This document shows positions 1 to 10,673 of a stretch of 64,000 nucleotides of DNA, in pieces (position 1 is the stretch's first letter; every line of letters starts with the position of its first letter). Below the pieces are notes generated by a model that worked only from the letters and a program-made list of their open reading frames with translations, did not search any database and was not told the DNA's origin. Origin of the DNA: Gammaproteobacteria bacterium (GTDB taxonomy: Bacteria; Pseudomonadota; Gammaproteobacteria; SZUA-229); contig JAOUNI010000001.1 of the NCBI GenBank assembly GCA_029881035.1, forward strand, positions 28,924 to 92,923, given 5' to 3'. Made by a program: the position numbers and the translations under genes.

Positions 1-1
1 G

Positions 2-505
2 AGAAACGCTTCGCCACTAAGGCTAAAAAAACAGACAGGTGTTGTGCTGGTCATGGCGCTAATCATGTTACTGGTGTTGACGATTATTGGCGTTTCGTCG
101 ATGGGTGGATCAACACTGGAAATGAAGGTGGCGGGTAATATGCAGCAGCGTAATATTGCTTTTCAGGCCACACAATCAAGGCTGGCATTCGCTGGATCAA
201 GTGGTGCACCAAACCCTGTTGATTATCTTATTCCTATACCCGATACAAGTAACCCACCCGTACAGACCTGCAATCCTACAGATTCACCGCCATGTCCTGA
301 CGGTCCGGGCTGGGTAGCCACGGCGGAGGTGATTTACCTTAGTTGTGCCAAAGGTAGTGGTAATAGTCTTGAAGCGGGTAAAGGTGTTTCTTATCGAACA
401 TTTGAAATTAAAGCGAATGGACAAACGCCAACAGGTTCATCAAGGTCTGTTCAGGTTAGTGCTATGCGATACCCTGTAAAAGGGTGTGGAGATGAAATGT
501 TATGA
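2..505 (+). CDS. pilX: Type IV pilus minor pilin/assembly protein PilX, 5'-truncated at window edge
   Basis: Frame is open from position 2 with no start in the window. The translation ...KKQTG/VVLVMALIMLLVLTIIGVSSMGGS... has a prepilin-like cleavage context and hydrophobic helix, followed by a PilX-like N-terminal region (QQRNIAFQATQSRL). Sits directly upstream of pilY1 and pilE. Confidence 0.75.
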   Translation, partial: RNASPLRLKKQTGVVLVMALIMLLVLTIIGVSSMGGSTLEMKVAGNMQQRNIAFQATQSRLAFAGSSGAPNPVDYLIPIPDTSNPPVQTCNPTDSPPCPDGPGWVATAEVIYLSCAKGSGNSLEAGKGVSYRTFEIKANGQTPTGSSRSVQVSAMRYPVKGCGDEML

Positions 506-819
506 AGCTGACAATTAAAATTTTATGTGTGGTCTCGGTATTTTTAAGTTCGTATGCCATTGCTGAAGAGCACCCTTTTGTGCCTCATGTGACTCATGTG
601 TTGAGTATTAAGCTCAGCAATGATCGAACTGGAATTATTAAAAATGTTGAATGTGTAGGCTGCGATTTCACCATAGTTAATATTACACCGAAAACTAAAG
701 CTTATAAAAATGGCATTGAAGTCGATTTGCTGGAAGCAAAAATGCAGGCAGGTAAACCTGCGTTGGTGTCGTTTAATCCTGAAACAAGAGAAGTACAAAC
801 TATCAGATGGTCTGAGTAG
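502..819 (+). CDS. Hypothetical small secreted protein (105 aa) embedded in the minor-pilin operon
   Basis: ATGA start/stop overlap with pilX (translational coupling). N-terminal signal peptide MKLTIKILCVVSVFLSSYAIA, CVGC pair. No family recognised by eye. Confidence 0.5.
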   Translation: MKLTIKILCVVSVFLSSYAIAEEHPFVPHVTHVLSIKLSNDRTGIIKNVECVGCDFTIVNITPKTKAYKNGIEVDLLEAKMQAGKPALVSFNPETREVQTIRWSE

Positions 820-839
820 TTAATGGTCTGAATAGTTAG

Positions 840-3800
840 TTGAGATTTACAAAGAGGTTCGTCATGAAAAACATGTGCACACGGATAAAAAAAGCTTCAA
901 TTGGATTTATGCTGGCTTGTTGCCTGGCAGCGCCTGTATTTGCGGACGATATCGAAATTTATACCGATGTGAATCTGCTGGGCCCTCTCGCGGAGCCTAA
1001 TATTATGTTTGTGATGGATTCATCAAGCACCATGGGCAATACTCTGCCAGCACCTGTCGCTTATGACTACCAGGTTACTTATGATCTGGCGGGCGGATAC
1101 GATCCAGGTAAAATCTATTACACCACTGATGGTTCGACTCCAGCGACGAATGGTGATTTTTTTGACTGGGCCGCTAATCACTGTGATCATGCTGTAAGAG
1201 AGTATGTGGGTACAGTACGGGGTAGTGCCTACACAGGATCTTTATATACCGTCGGTATGTATTCAGGGCAAATTGCACAATTTTATGACCAGTCAGGTAA
1301 GCAGTTCTGGCGTCCCTTGTCTACCAATAATGCCACCACACAAGCCTATCCTATAGAGTGTTATCAGGACCATGGTATTCATGGCAGTAATACCGGAGCG
1401 AATAATTATATTGCCAACAAACCGGACACAACTAGTGGTTGGGCGGTTACTGATACTGGCGTAGCTGCAGTCATCTGGGCCAACAATGCGAATAATTACA
1501 CTTTATTTACCGGCAATTATTTAAATTATCTGGTTGATCCTGCCGTTATTGGCAGTGCAATTCAGATTTCTCTGTTTGATCAATTGAAAAAAGCTATCCA
1601 GGATCTGGTGGATGCTTCTTCTAATATCAAGATTGGCCTGATGCAGTATGACAGAAGAATCAATTTAATTGGTGGCGTTGACCATGGTGGTGAAGGTGGC
1701 CCCGTCATTTATCCGGCGTTGAGTGTGAACCTGTCACGTGCCGACTTCAAGAATCGTCTGGGTAATATGCAAATTGGTACTGACCCGGTTATTGCAGAGA
1801 CTTATTTTGAGACCCTGAAATATTTTGGTGGTGCCGAGGCTCATTATGGTACGAATTCGCTACCCAGTAATCAGGTCGGCAGTATGGATCCGGGTAATGT
1901 GAATTACGAAACACCGATTACTGAAACCTGTCAGAAAAATTACATCGTCGTAGTCTCGAATGGATTGTCAAGTTACGACTATCTGGATGCAGCTAAACAA
2001 GGATCATTACCGGGTTTCGTCAATGGTCCACTGGAGTGTAATTCAGCGCCTTATACGCCGGGTTACTCTAACTATTATGATATGACCAGTGCAGCCACGA
2101 TGGAGACATCATCTGAGACATATACTATTGATAACTGCCTGGATGAAATGGCTGAGTGGGCATTGAATAACGATGTTGCGCATCGCACTGATATTGCGGC
2201 ACATGATGGTGAGCAAAATATAACCACTTATACAATAGGTTTTGCTTTCGATTCTAGTGCTTCGCTGGTATTGAAGGCAGGTGAGCAGTTGCTGAGAGAC
2301 ACGGCTAAACGAGGCGGTGGTAAATTTGTGACAGCAAGTGATGGTGCACAACTCGCCAGTGTTTTGAATGAACTGGTTGCGGAAATTCTCAAGGTTAATG
2401 CAACTTTTTCATCACCGGCGGTATCGGTGAATGCATTTAACCGCGCCACTAATCTCGATGATCTTTTCTTTACCCTGTTCAAACCAACCGATGGTGAGCA
2501 CTGGGAAGGTAATCTAAAGAAATTCAAGCTGGAGTTTGCAAGTGGTGTACCATTTGTCGCTGACGCAAATCATAATCCAGCCATTGATGGTATCACGGGT
2601 TTCTTTAAAGATACTTCGGTGAGTTATTGGACACAGGCGGTGGATGCACCAGACGGGGCTGAAACTGCGAAAGGTGGTGCGGCGGGCATGCTTTCAGTTT
2701 CGCCAGCGCGAAATGTTTATACATTTACCGGTACTTACTCAGGGACTACGGGTGTACTGACACCGAGTACTACTGATTTAACATCGGCGAGTAATGAGTT
2801 AAGTGTATCAAATGCCGCAGTGACGGATACTCTGCTTGGTACAGTTGGTTATCTGCCCTTTATTACTCCTGTACCCTATAGGGAATCCTTACTTGACTGG
2901 GCCTCAGGCATTGATGTTTTTGATAATGATGGTGATGGATCAATAATAGATGCTCGCCGGGTGATGGGAGACCCGCTGCATGCAGAACCGGCTTTGGTTC
3001 AGTATGGTGAGTTGACGGGTAATGTCCCTGATCTGGTTGCTTACGTTGCAACTAACGACGGTTATTTACACGCATTTAATACCATTACAGGCGTGGAGCA
3101 CTTTGCTTTTGTTCCACAGGAGATGTTACCAAAGCTGAAGAATATTTTTGAAGATACAGGTGTTAATGGTAAAGCCTATGGTCTGGATGGCAATGTAGTA
3201 TCGTGGATTAATGATGCGAACAACGATGGTACGATTACAGGCGCAGGGGAGCATGTTTATCTCTATTTCGGTATGCGCCGAGGTGGTCGTTATATTTATT
3301 CCATGGATGTTACTAACAGAAATGCACCTACCTTACGTTGGGTGATAGAAGGCGGCACCGGTGATTACGCTGAATTGGGTGACACCTGGTCATCGCCCAA
3401 CATTGAAAAAATTAAAACCGGGCCTGGTGCCACCGATTATAAAGTAGTTCTGATTTTTGGTGCGGGCTATGATGTTAATCAGGATAATTTGATAACACGT
3501 GGTACAGATACCGTGGGCCGGGGTATTTTTATTGTTGATGCGACCACTGGTGAAATGCTGTGGCGTGCAGGTCCAGATGGTACCGCAGACTTACAATTGA
3601 CTGATATGCTGTATAGCATTCCCGGTCGAATCAAACCACTTGATGTTGATGGTGATGGTTATGTTGATCGATTGCTCGCGGGTGATATGGGCGGTCAACT
3701 CTGGCGTATTGATATTGATAATGATGCAAATACGGCATCTACTCTGGCAATAACTGGAGGCCGGATCGCTGATCTGGCATTAGATGGCAGCGTTAATGAC

Positions 3801-4484
3801 AATCGTCGTTTTTATAATCCACCAGATGCGGCTATTATACTTCAGCAAGGTCAGGCACCTTACATTGCAATTGTTGCTGCCTCAGGGTACAGAGCGCATC
3901 CACTGCAAACAGATACGCATGATCGTGTTTATATGATTCGTGATTATGATGTGTATAATGCGCCTGCAGGAAGCCCTCCTGTTTATACCACGATAACTGA
4001 AGCTGATCTATTTGATACCACGCAGAATGATATTGGACAAGGTACGAAGGTTCAAATTGATGCGGCGAAGACCTCTTTGAATGGTGCTAAAGGCTGGTAT
4101 ATTACGCTTCAGGAAATCAATAACTCATTCGTTGGAGAGAAGTCTTTATCTGAGCCGCTGATTTTGAACGGTGTTGCTGTCTTTACTAGTTATATCCCTG
4201 CGACTGCAGGTCTGACCAGTAATAGCTGTACTCCCAATGATGGTACTGGTGCAATCTACTTTGTTAACGTAGTCGATGGTACGCCAACAAAGGATAATGA
4301 TGCTGATAATGTAAAGAAAAGAGAAGATCGAAGAGTACTGCTGGCTCGTGGAGGTATCCCACCAACACCACGAATTATCATTACTAAGGATGGCGTTCCT
4401 ACTTTGTGTGTTGGTACCGAGTGTAGTAAGGCAGATGATGTGGGTTCTGTTCAGAAGATGTATTGGTATGAAGTTGAAGAATAA
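840..4484 (+). CDS. pilY1: Type IV pilus tip adhesin PilY1 (N-terminal vWA domain plus C-terminal PilC beta-propeller domain)
   Basis: 1214 aa with signal peptide. vWA MIDAS motif IMFVMDSSSTMGN (DxSxS). Two 9-residue Ca-binding-like loops, DNDGDGSIID and DVDGDGYVD, typical of the PilY1/PilC C-terminal propeller. Lies between pilX and pilE. Confidence 0.85.
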   Translation: MRFTKRFVMKNMCTRIKKASIGFMLACCLAAPVFADDIEIYTDVNLLGPLAEPNIMFVMDSSSTMGNTLPAPVAYDYQVTYDLAGGYDPGKIYYTTDGSTPATNGDFFDWAANHCDHAVREYVGTVRGSAYTGSLYTVGMYSGQIAQFYDQSGKQFWRPLSTNNATTQAYPIECYQDHGIHGSNTGANNYIANKPDTTSGWAVTDTGVAAVIWANNANNYTLFTGNYLNYLVDPAVIGSAIQISLFDQLKKAIQDLVDASSNIKIGLMQYDRRINLIGGVDHGGEGGPVIYPALSVNLSRADFKNRLGNMQIGTDPVIAETYFETLKYFGGAEAHYGTNSLPSNQVGSMDPGNVNYETPITETCQKNYIVVVSNGLSSYDYLDAAKQGSLPGFVNGPLECNSAPYTPGYSNYYDMTSAATMETSSETYTIDNCLDEMAEWALNNDVAHRTDIAAHDGEQNITTYTIGFAFDSSASLVLKAGEQLLRDTAKRGGGKFVTASDGAQLASVLNELVAEILKVNATFSSPAVSVNAFNRATNLDDLFFTLFKPTDGEHWEGNLKKFKLEFASGVPFVADANHNPAIDGITGFFKDTSVSYWTQAVDAPDGAETAKGGAAGMLSVSPARNVYTFTGTYSGTTGVLTPSTTDLTSASNELSVSNAAVTDTLLGTVGYLPFITPVPYRESLLDWASGIDVFDNDGDGSIIDARRVMGDPLHAEPALVQYGELTGNVPDLVAYVATNDGYLHAFNTITGVEHFAFVPQEMLPKLKNIFEDTGVNGKAYGLDGNVVSWINDANNDGTITGAGEHVYLYFGMRRGGRYIYSMDVTNRNAPTLRWVIEGGTGDYAELGDTWSSPNIEKIKTGPGATDYKVVLIFGAGYDVNQDNLITRGTDTVGRGIFIVDATTGEMLWRAGPDGTADLQLTDMLYSIPGRIKPLDVDGDGYVDRLLAGDMGGQLWRIDIDNDANTASTLAITGGRIADLALDGSVNDNRRFYNPPDAAIILQQGQAPYIAIVAASGYRAHPLQTDTHDRVYMIRDYDVYNAPAGSPPVYTTITEADLFDTTQNDIGQGTKVQIDAAKTSLNGAKGWYITLQEINNSFVGEKSLSEPLILNGVAVFTSYIPATAGLTSNSCTPNDGTGAIYFVNVVDGTPTKDNDADNVKKREDRRVLLARGGIPPTPRIIITKDGVPTLCVGTECSKADDVGSVQKMYWYEVEE

Positions 4485-4500
4485 TAAAGGTGCTAGAGTC

Positions 4501-4914
4501 ATGAAAAAAAATAACGGATTTACATTGATCGAGTTAATGATTGTAGTTGTAATCATTGGCATACTAACTGCTGTTGCTGCTCCTAGTTATATGGATTATT
4601 TAAGAGAATCCCGGCGTGCAGATGCCAAGGTCGGACTGACCAAGCTTGCAGATAAACAGGAGAGGTATTATTTGCAGAATAATATCTATGCCACTACGCT
4701 TGCTAATTTAAATATTACTAGTAGTGCTTCTGACGAAGGCCTCTATACGTTGTCAATTACATCTGCTGATGTGAGTGGATTTGTTGTTACAGCGACTGCA
4801 GTGGCTAGCGGCCCACAGGCAAATGATACAGGCTGTACTGTAATGACACTTAGTTCGACAAGTGCAAGAGGATCAGGCGGTAGTGTAACTGCGGATTCTA
4901 ATAACTGCTGGTAA
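4501..4914 (+). CDS. pilE: Type IV pilin (PilE/PilA-like)
   Basis: [28 protein letters not shown] prepilin leader and N-terminal helix. C-terminal Cys pair (C...C-W). RBS aaagg upstream. The listed longer ORF from 4348 is rejected as the start. Confidence 0.85.
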   Translation: MKKNNGFTLIELMIVVVIIGILTAVAAPSYMDYLRESRRADAKVGLTKLADKQERYYLQNNIYATTLANLNITSSASDEGLYTLSITSADVSGFVVTATAVASGPQANDTGCTVMTLSSTSARGSGGSVTADSNNCW

Positions 4915-4936
4915 TTGGTAAAGCCTAAAAGCAATT

Positions 4937-5872
4937 TTATCTTAACTCACGGGGTAGCTGGAATCGAATAGATTCCGCTACTCCGTTATCGTTATGAATG
5001 GTTGCCTGAAACTGTTTTTTTAGTTTATCCATTACTTCTTTAACTAGTACTTCGGGTGCAGAGGCGCCGGCAGTTACGCCGATGGCTTTGGCTGAAGCAA
5101 ACCATGTTTTATCGATGTCATTGGCATCATCAATCAAATAGGCCGGCACACCCTGATTTTCAGCGAGTTCACGTAGCCGGTTTGAATTTGAGCTATTAGT
5201 TGAGCCAATAACTAAAAAAACATCAACCTGTTTTGATAATTCTCTGACGGCATCCTGCCGGTTTTGTGTGGCATAACAGATGTCATCTTTACGCGGTGGC
5301 CCCTGAATATCAGGGAAGCGCTTGCTCAAAGCCTCAATAATTTGGCGAGTATCATCCACTGATAAAGTGGTTTGAGAAACATAAGCCAGCTTTTCAGGAT
5401 TGTCGATATTGAGTTTATCGACATCTTTAATCGTTTCGACAAGATAAATTTGGCTATCAGATGTGGATTTATATTGACCTAAAGTGCCTTCAACTTCTGG
5501 ATGTCCTGCATGGCCGATTAGGATAACGTTATTATTTTTTTTAGCGTGACGGGCGACTTCAAGATGAACTTTTGTTACCAGTGGGCAAGTTGCATCAAAT
5601 ATGCGAAGTTTTCTGCTACTTGCTTCAGCGCGAACCGCCTGCGATACACCATGCGCACTAAAAATAACCGTTGAGTGATCGGGTACTTCATTCAGTTCTT
5701 CGACAAAAATAGCACCTTTTTGTGCAAGATCATTAACAACGTAACGGTTATGCACAACCTCATGTCGAACGTAAACGGGCGCGCCAAAAATATCTAGTGT
5801 ACGTTCAACAATATCGATAGCGCGGTCAACGCCAGCACAAAATCCACGGGGGTTTGCTAGATAAATGTCCAT
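4937..5872 (-). CDS. ispH: 4-hydroxy-3-methylbut-2-enyl diphosphate reductase
   Basis: Near-identical N-terminus to E. coli IspH ([15 protein letters not shown]...[13 protein letters not shown]). Conserved position after fkpB. Confidence 0.95.
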   Translation of the reverse strand: MDIYLANPRGFCAGVDRAIDIVERTLDIFGAPVYVRHEVVHNRYVVNDLAQKGAIFVEELNEVPDHSTVIFSAHGVSQAVRAEASSRKLRIFDATCPLVTKVHLEVARHAKKNNNVILIGHAGHPEVEGTLGQYKSTSDSQIYLVETIKDVDKLNIDNPEKLAYVSQTTLSVDDTRQIIEALSKRFPDIQGPPRKDDICYATQNRQDAVRELSKQVDVFLVIGSTNSSNSNRLRELAENQGVPAYLIDDANDIDKTWFASAKAIGVTAGASAPEVLVKEVMDKLKKQFQATIHNDNGVAESIRFQLPRELR

Positions 5873-5878
5873 GACTAG

Positions 5879-6340
5879 TTATTGTTCATGAGGTAAAAAA
5901 GCATGAGTGTTGTTAACATCAAGAACTTTTACAGAAAAAACTAGTTCTAGTCCAGCAAGCGGATGATTAAAGTCCACTTCAACCAAATCTTTTTTGATGG
6001 TTCGAATGGTGCCGAGTAAATCCTCATTATCTGGAGTTCCGAAGTTAAAAATCAGACCTGCTTCAGGTTTTAATTCATCATTGAAATCTGATAACGGTAT
6101 GTCATGAATATTTTCTTCGTCACGAAAACCAAAACATTGCTCCGGGGTCAGGGTGAGGGTTTGCTCATCATCAGATCTGAGTCCGATCAGAGCCAGCATC
6201 ATGCCCTCAGGTAGTGAGGAATCATACATGTTAATTTCTAAAGGCTCATCATCAAAGCTGCTTTCAATAATTGTACCGTCAGTTAAGCTAAGGCTGTAGT
6301 GTAATAAAACAAAGCTGGTCTGGTTAATTTTTTCAGACAT
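5879..6340 (-). CDS. fkpB: FKBP-type peptidyl-prolyl cis-trans isomerase FkpB/SlpA
   Basis: FKBP fold motifs (VDFNHPLAG). Conserved lspA-fkpB-ispH order. Start chosen at MSEKINQ by alignment to E. coli FkpB. Confidence 0.85.
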   Translation of the reverse strand: MSEKINQTSFVLLHYSLSLTDGTIIESSFDDEPLEINMYDSSLPEGMMLALIGLRSDDEQTLTLTPEQCFGFRDEENIHDIPLSDFNDELKPEAGLIFNFGTPDNEDLLGTIRTIKKDLVEVDFNHPLAGLELVFSVKVLDVNNTHAFLPHEQ

Positions 6341-6857
6341 GATTTTTTTCCTCAAAATGTTCTTTGATCATGTCGATCAATAGTAGTCCAGCGCCAAGCG
6401 TAATAGCCGAGTCGGCAATATTAAAAGCAGGCCAGAAGCATTGTGGCCCTGTTGCCAGTTGCCACAACGAAAAACCGGGCAGGCAAGTATCGGCCTGATA
6501 ATAATATTGGATAAAGTCGATAACGTGGCCATACAGAGCACGGTCTATTAAATTGCCGATAGCGCCACCAAGAATTAAAGCCAGGCCTGCAGAGAGCAAC
6601 TTTTTATGGATGCTGGTTTGTTTGAGCCAGAAAAAAAGAAACAGACTGATGGCTGACGAGAGGGCAATAAAAAACCAGCGCTGCCAGCCACCCGCGTCAC
6701 TGAGAAAACTAAAGGCAGCACCTTCGTTGTACATGAGCGTCCAGTTTAAATTGGGTATGGCTGGCAAAGCCTTATGTGCGACCAGAGACTGCTCGGCCAT
6801 TTGCTTGGTGATCTGATCGATCACGGTAACAATTACGGTTAACCATAGCCAGTTCAT
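6333..6857 (-). CDS. lspA: Lipoprotein signal peptidase II
   Basis: Four-TM protein with LspA conserved segments (NxGAAFSFL, LGGAIGNLIDR). Lies between ileS and fkpB. Confidence 0.9.
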   Translation of the reverse strand: MNWLWLTVIVTVIDQITKQMAEQSLVAHKALPAIPNLNWTLMYNEGAAFSFLSDAGGWQRWFFIALSSAISLFLFFWLKQTSIHKKLLSAGLALILGGAIGNLIDRALYGHVIDFIQYYYQADTCLPGFSLWQLATGPQCFWPAFNIADSAITLGAGLLLIDMIKEHFEEKNHV

Positions 6858-6866
6858 TATTAATAC

Positions 6867-9701
6867 CTAGGCGAAGCGCCGGGTCTCGCCATCGCCGGCT
6901 ACGTTTTCTACGCAGCGGCCGCAGAGCTCGGGGTGAGTATGATTCTGGCCTACGTCTTCACGATGGTGCCAGCAGCGAACGCACTTGGTATGTTCGGATG
7001 CATGAACGGCAATTTTAATAGTGTCGCCATTCGCTAAAGCAGCTGTCACGCAATCAGTGTTTGCATTGTTGGCAGAATCCACTTTTGCGTTAGAGGTAAT
7101 CAGTACAAAGCGCAGCTCATCCTCGAGTTTATTTAGCTTGGTATAAAGTTTGCCGTCGCAGTAAATAACGACTTCGGCATCCAGTGATGAGCCAATCTTG
7201 TTTTCATTACGCAGGTTTTCAAGTTGTTTGCTAACTGCAGCTCTTGTTTCAAGAATGCTTTGCCAGAAATCCATGTTCATGGCTTCATCGGCATCCAGTG
7301 AATACAGACCCTGATACCAGCCTTCCAGAAAAATAGATGTTGGGTGACTGCCGGGAATTTGTTTCCAGATGTCTTCAGCGGTGAAGCTCAGAATAGGTGC
7401 CATCCAGCGGGACATGGCCTCAACGATGTGATAAAGCGCAGTCTGTGCGGAACGTCGCGCTACGCTGTTTGTTTGCGTGGTGTATTGCCTGTCCTTGATG
7501 ACGTCAAGATAAAAACCGCCCAGATCAACGGCGCAGAAGTTGTGCAGTTTCTGATAAATCAAATGGAAGTTGTAGCTGCTGTAGGCGGCGATGATTTCCT
7601 GCTGTAATGCGTGGGTCTTTGCAACGGCCCAACGGTCCAGCGGTAACATGTCCTGTGCATTGAGAATATGTTGTGATGGCTCGAAGCCAGTCAGGTTAGA
7701 AAGTAGAAAGCGTGCGGTGTTACGAATGCGGCGATAAGTATCGGCAGAGCGATTTAGAATTTCATCCGATACCGTCATTTCAGCACTGTAGTCACTGCTG
7801 GCAACCCACAGCCTGAGAATATCCGCACCCAATGAGTTAACAATCTTCTGTGGTGAAACCACGTTACCCAGAGACTTGGACATTTTGTGGCCTTTGGCAT
7901 CAACCGTGAAGCCGTGCGTTAAAACGCTTTTATAAGGGGCAACACCATTCATGGCGGTGGAGCTTAATAACGAAGACTGGAACCAGCCACGGTGCTGGTC
8001 AGAACCTTCCAGATATAAATCGGCCGGGAAGGGCAGGCTGTCGCGCTGCTCGAGCACGCAGGCGTGGGTGACGCCGGAATCAAACCAGACATCCAGGGTG
8101 TCCGTGGTTTTTTCATAGTGTTCGGCGTCGTCGCCAATTAATTCACTGGCTTCAAGTTCAAACCAGGCATCGATACTTTCTTTTTCAATACGCAGCGCAA
8201 TGGCTTCAATCAGTGGCTTTGTGTTCGGATGAAGCTCGCCGGTTTCCTTGTGTACAAACAGGGTAATCGGCACGCCCCAGGTGCGCTGTCTTGAAATGCA
8301 CCAGTCGGGACGATTTTTAATCATGGCTTCGATGCGCGCCTGACCCCAGTCAGGAATCCAGTTGGTTTTATCAACCTCCTGCAAAGCCTGCTTGCGCAAA
8401 CCATTTTGTTCCATGCTGATAAACCACTGCGGCGTGGCACGGAAAATAATCGGTGTTTTATGGCGCCAGCAGCAGGGATAGCTGTGTTTCAGTTTTGCCA
8501 GTTTGAGCAGTGCGCCATTTTGTTCCAGCGTTTCAAGAATAACGCTGTTGGCTTTGTGAACGTGTATGCCAGCAAATAATTCGGTATCAGGCAGGAAAAC
8601 ACCGTCGCTGCCGACCGGGTTATAGACTTCCAGTCCATAACGATTGCCGACAATGTAGTCATCCTGGCCATGGCCGGGTGCCGTGTGTACAGCGCCGGTA
8701 CCGGTTTCGGTGGTAACGTGATCACCGAGAATAATCGGTACCTGTTTGTCGTAGAAAGGATGTTGCAACAACAGATTTTCCAGTTGCTGGCCGGTGCATG
8801 TGCCTAGCACAGTGCTGTCTTCGAAGCCGTAACGACGTAAGGCGCTCTCAGCCAGCGTCTGCTCGAGCAGAAGACGAGCGGGACCATTGGCCGTTGTCAC
8901 CTGGATCAATTGATAATTGAAATCAGGGTGCAAACACACCGCCTGATTGGCAGGCAGGGTCCATGGGGTGGTTGTCCAGATGACCGCTGCAACATTACCT
9001 TCACCTTTGTCGCTGCAGCCACAGGCATTGAGAAATGCCTGCTCATCAACCGCTTTGAACATCACGTCGATTGCTGGTGATTCTTTGTCCTGATATTCAA
9101 CTTCAGCTTCAGCCAGTGCCGAGCCACAATCCAGGCACCAGTGCACCGGCTTGCTGCCTTTGTGCAGATGGCCTTTTTCGATCACCTTGCCGAGTGAGCG
9201 CACGATATCCGCTTCAAATTTAAAGTCCATGGTGAGATAGGGTTTGTCCCATTCACCAAACACGCCGAGGCGAATAAAATCTTTGCGCTGGCCATCGACC
9301 TGTTTAGTCGCGTATTCACGACATTTTTGCCGGAATGTTTTTGCATCAACTTTAACGCCGGCTTTGCCGACCTTTTTCTCGACCATTAATTCAATCGGCA
9401 AACCATGGCAGTCCCAGCCGGGCACGTAACGCGCATCAAAGCCATCGATAGTTTTGCTTTTGATGATGATGTCTTTGAGAATTTTATTAACTGCGTGGCC
9501 GATGTGGATGTCGCCATTGGCGTAAGGTGGGCCATCATGCAAAACAAATGTCGGGCGGCCTTTGCTGGCTTCGCGGATTTGTTGGTATAGGCCGTCTTTG
9601 TCCCAGTTTTTCAGTATTTCGGGTTCGCGGTTGGCGAGATTACCGCGCATTGGAAAGTCGGTGTGAGGCAGGTTCAGCGTTGGCTTGTAATCGGTCGTCA
9701 T
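6867..9701 (-). CDS. ileS: Isoleucine--tRNA ligase
   Basis: 944 aa. HIGH motif ([12 protein letters not shown]), KMSKS motif, C-terminal Zn-binding Cys cluster. ribF-ileS-lspA synteny. Confidence 0.97.
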   Translation of the reverse strand: MTTDYKPTLNLPHTDFPMRGNLANREPEILKNWDKDGLYQQIREASKGRPTFVLHDGPPYANGDIHIGHAVNKILKDIIIKSKTIDGFDARYVPGWDCHGLPIELMVEKKVGKAGVKVDAKTFRQKCREYATKQVDGQRKDFIRLGVFGEWDKPYLTMDFKFEADIVRSLGKVIEKGHLHKGSKPVHWCLDCGSALAEAEVEYQDKESPAIDVMFKAVDEQAFLNACGCSDKGEGNVAAVIWTTTPWTLPANQAVCLHPDFNYQLIQVTTANGPARLLLEQTLAESALRRYGFEDSTVLGTCTGQQLENLLLQHPFYDKQVPIILGDHVTTETGTGAVHTAPGHGQDDYIVGNRYGLEVYNPVGSDGVFLPDTELFAGIHVHKANSVILETLEQNGALLKLAKLKHSYPCCWRHKTPIIFRATPQWFISMEQNGLRKQALQEVDKTNWIPDWGQARIEAMIKNRPDWCISRQRTWGVPITLFVHKETGELHPNTKPLIEAIALRIEKESIDAWFELEASELIGDDAEHYEKTTDTLDVWFDSGVTHACVLEQRDSLPFPADLYLEGSDQHRGWFQSSLLSSTAMNGVAPYKSVLTHGFTVDAKGHKMSKSLGNVVSPQKIVNSLGADILRLWVASSDYSAEMTVSDEILNRSADTYRRIRNTARFLLSNLTGFEPSQHILNAQDMLPLDRWAVAKTHALQQEIIAAYSSYNFHLIYQKLHNFCAVDLGGFYLDVIKDRQYTTQTNSVARRSAQTALYHIVEAMSRWMAPILSFTAEDIWKQIPGSHPTSIFLEGWYQGLYSLDADEAMNMDFWQSILETRAAVSKQLENLRNENKIGSSLDAEVVIYCDGKLYTKLNKLEDELRFVLITSNAKVDSANNANTDCVTAALANGDTIKIAVHASEHTKCVRCWHHREDVGQNHTHPELCGRCVENVAGDGETRRFA

Positions 9702-9725
9702 GTTGGCTTACTGTAAAATTTTTAT

Positions 9726-10670
9726 TTAAGTGGTCAGGCCGTGCAATTCACGTGCCTTGAGGCAATCAAGCTTAATCTGGTCTTTGAGGTTGTCAAAAGA
9801 CTCAAACTTCTGCTCATCGCGGATTTTATGGTGAAAAGCGATACAGACATTTTGCCCGTAAATGTCCTGATTGAAATCAAACAGGTGGACTTCGAGCTGT
9901 ACTCGTACGCCATCCACCGTCGGGCGTCGTCCAACATTGGCGATACCTTTCACTGTGCCTAATGTACTGGAATGCATGGTAACAGAATATACCCCATGTA
10001 GTGGGGTGCTTGGACGATGCAGGTGAATATTGGCGGTTGGAAAGCCGATAGTGCGACCGCGTTTGTCGCCATGAGCCACGCGGCCACAGATCTGGTAAGG
10101 CCTGCCCAGCATTTTTTTGCTGGCATCGAGCTGGTTTTCGATCAGAGCATTGCGGATGCGTGTGCTGCTGACGCGGAGATCATCAATGTGATGGGTCGAT
10201 AAAGAAGCGACTTCAAAACCATGTCTGGCGCCGTACTCCTGCAGTAATTCCAGATTGCCCTTGCGGTCGCGGCCAAACTGGAAATCATCACCGATCACCA
10301 GCGCCTTGATGGCGAGAGCATCGATGAGCACTTTCTGGATGAATTCATCGGCCGTCATGGAGCAGAATTCGGCATTGAAATTCATCAGCATCAGGTAATC
10401 AGGGCAAAGTACCGGTGAATAGCTGGCCAGTGCTACCAGCTTATCGCGGGTATTCATCAGGCGAGGTCGGCCATGTGTGCTGGAAAAATACTCGTGTGGC
10501 AGAGGGTCGAAACTCATCATGCAGCGTTTGACCTGATGTTTATCAGCGATCTCGGTCAACAGCTTAAGCAAAGCTTGATGGCCCAGATGAATGCCATCGA
10601 AATTACCAATGGTGAGTGCGCAACCTCGGTGTTCAGGCTTAAGATTGTGGTATCCGCGGATTAAATGCAT
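9726..10670 (-). CDS. ribF: Bifunctional riboflavin kinase/FMN adenylyltransferase
   Basis: ALTIGNFDGIHLGHQALL FAD synthetase motif and C-terminal riboflavin kinase domain. Upstream of ileS. Confidence 0.95.
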   Translation of the reverse strand: MHLIRGYHNLKPEHRGCALTIGNFDGIHLGHQALLKLLTEIADKHQVKRCMMSFDPLPHEYFSSTHGRPRLMNTRDKLVALASYSPVLCPDYLMLMNFNAEFCSMTADEFIQKVLIDALAIKALVIGDDFQFGRDRKGNLELLQEYGARHGFEVASLSTHHIDDLRVSSTRIRNALIENQLDASKKMLGRPYQICGRVAHGDKRGRTIGFPTANIHLHRPSTPLHGVYSVTMHSSTLGTVKGIANVGRRPTVDGVRVQLEVHLFDFNQDIYGQNVCIAFHHKIRDEQKFESFDNLKDQIKLDCLKARELHGLTT

Positions 10671-10673
10671 GTC

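Noticed and set aside
2109-3051. Antisense small ORFs inside pilY1, ileS, spoT, the sensor genes and other long CDSs (many of the 60-160 aa ORFs in the track)
   Set aside because: They are embedded opposite strongly supported long genes, with no independent signals. They are treated as spurious.
4348-4500. Long N-terminal extension of the pilin ORF (ORF listed from 4348)
   Set aside because: The extension overlaps the pilY1 C-terminus. A canonical prepilin leader MKKNNGFTLIE with an RBS begins at 4501.
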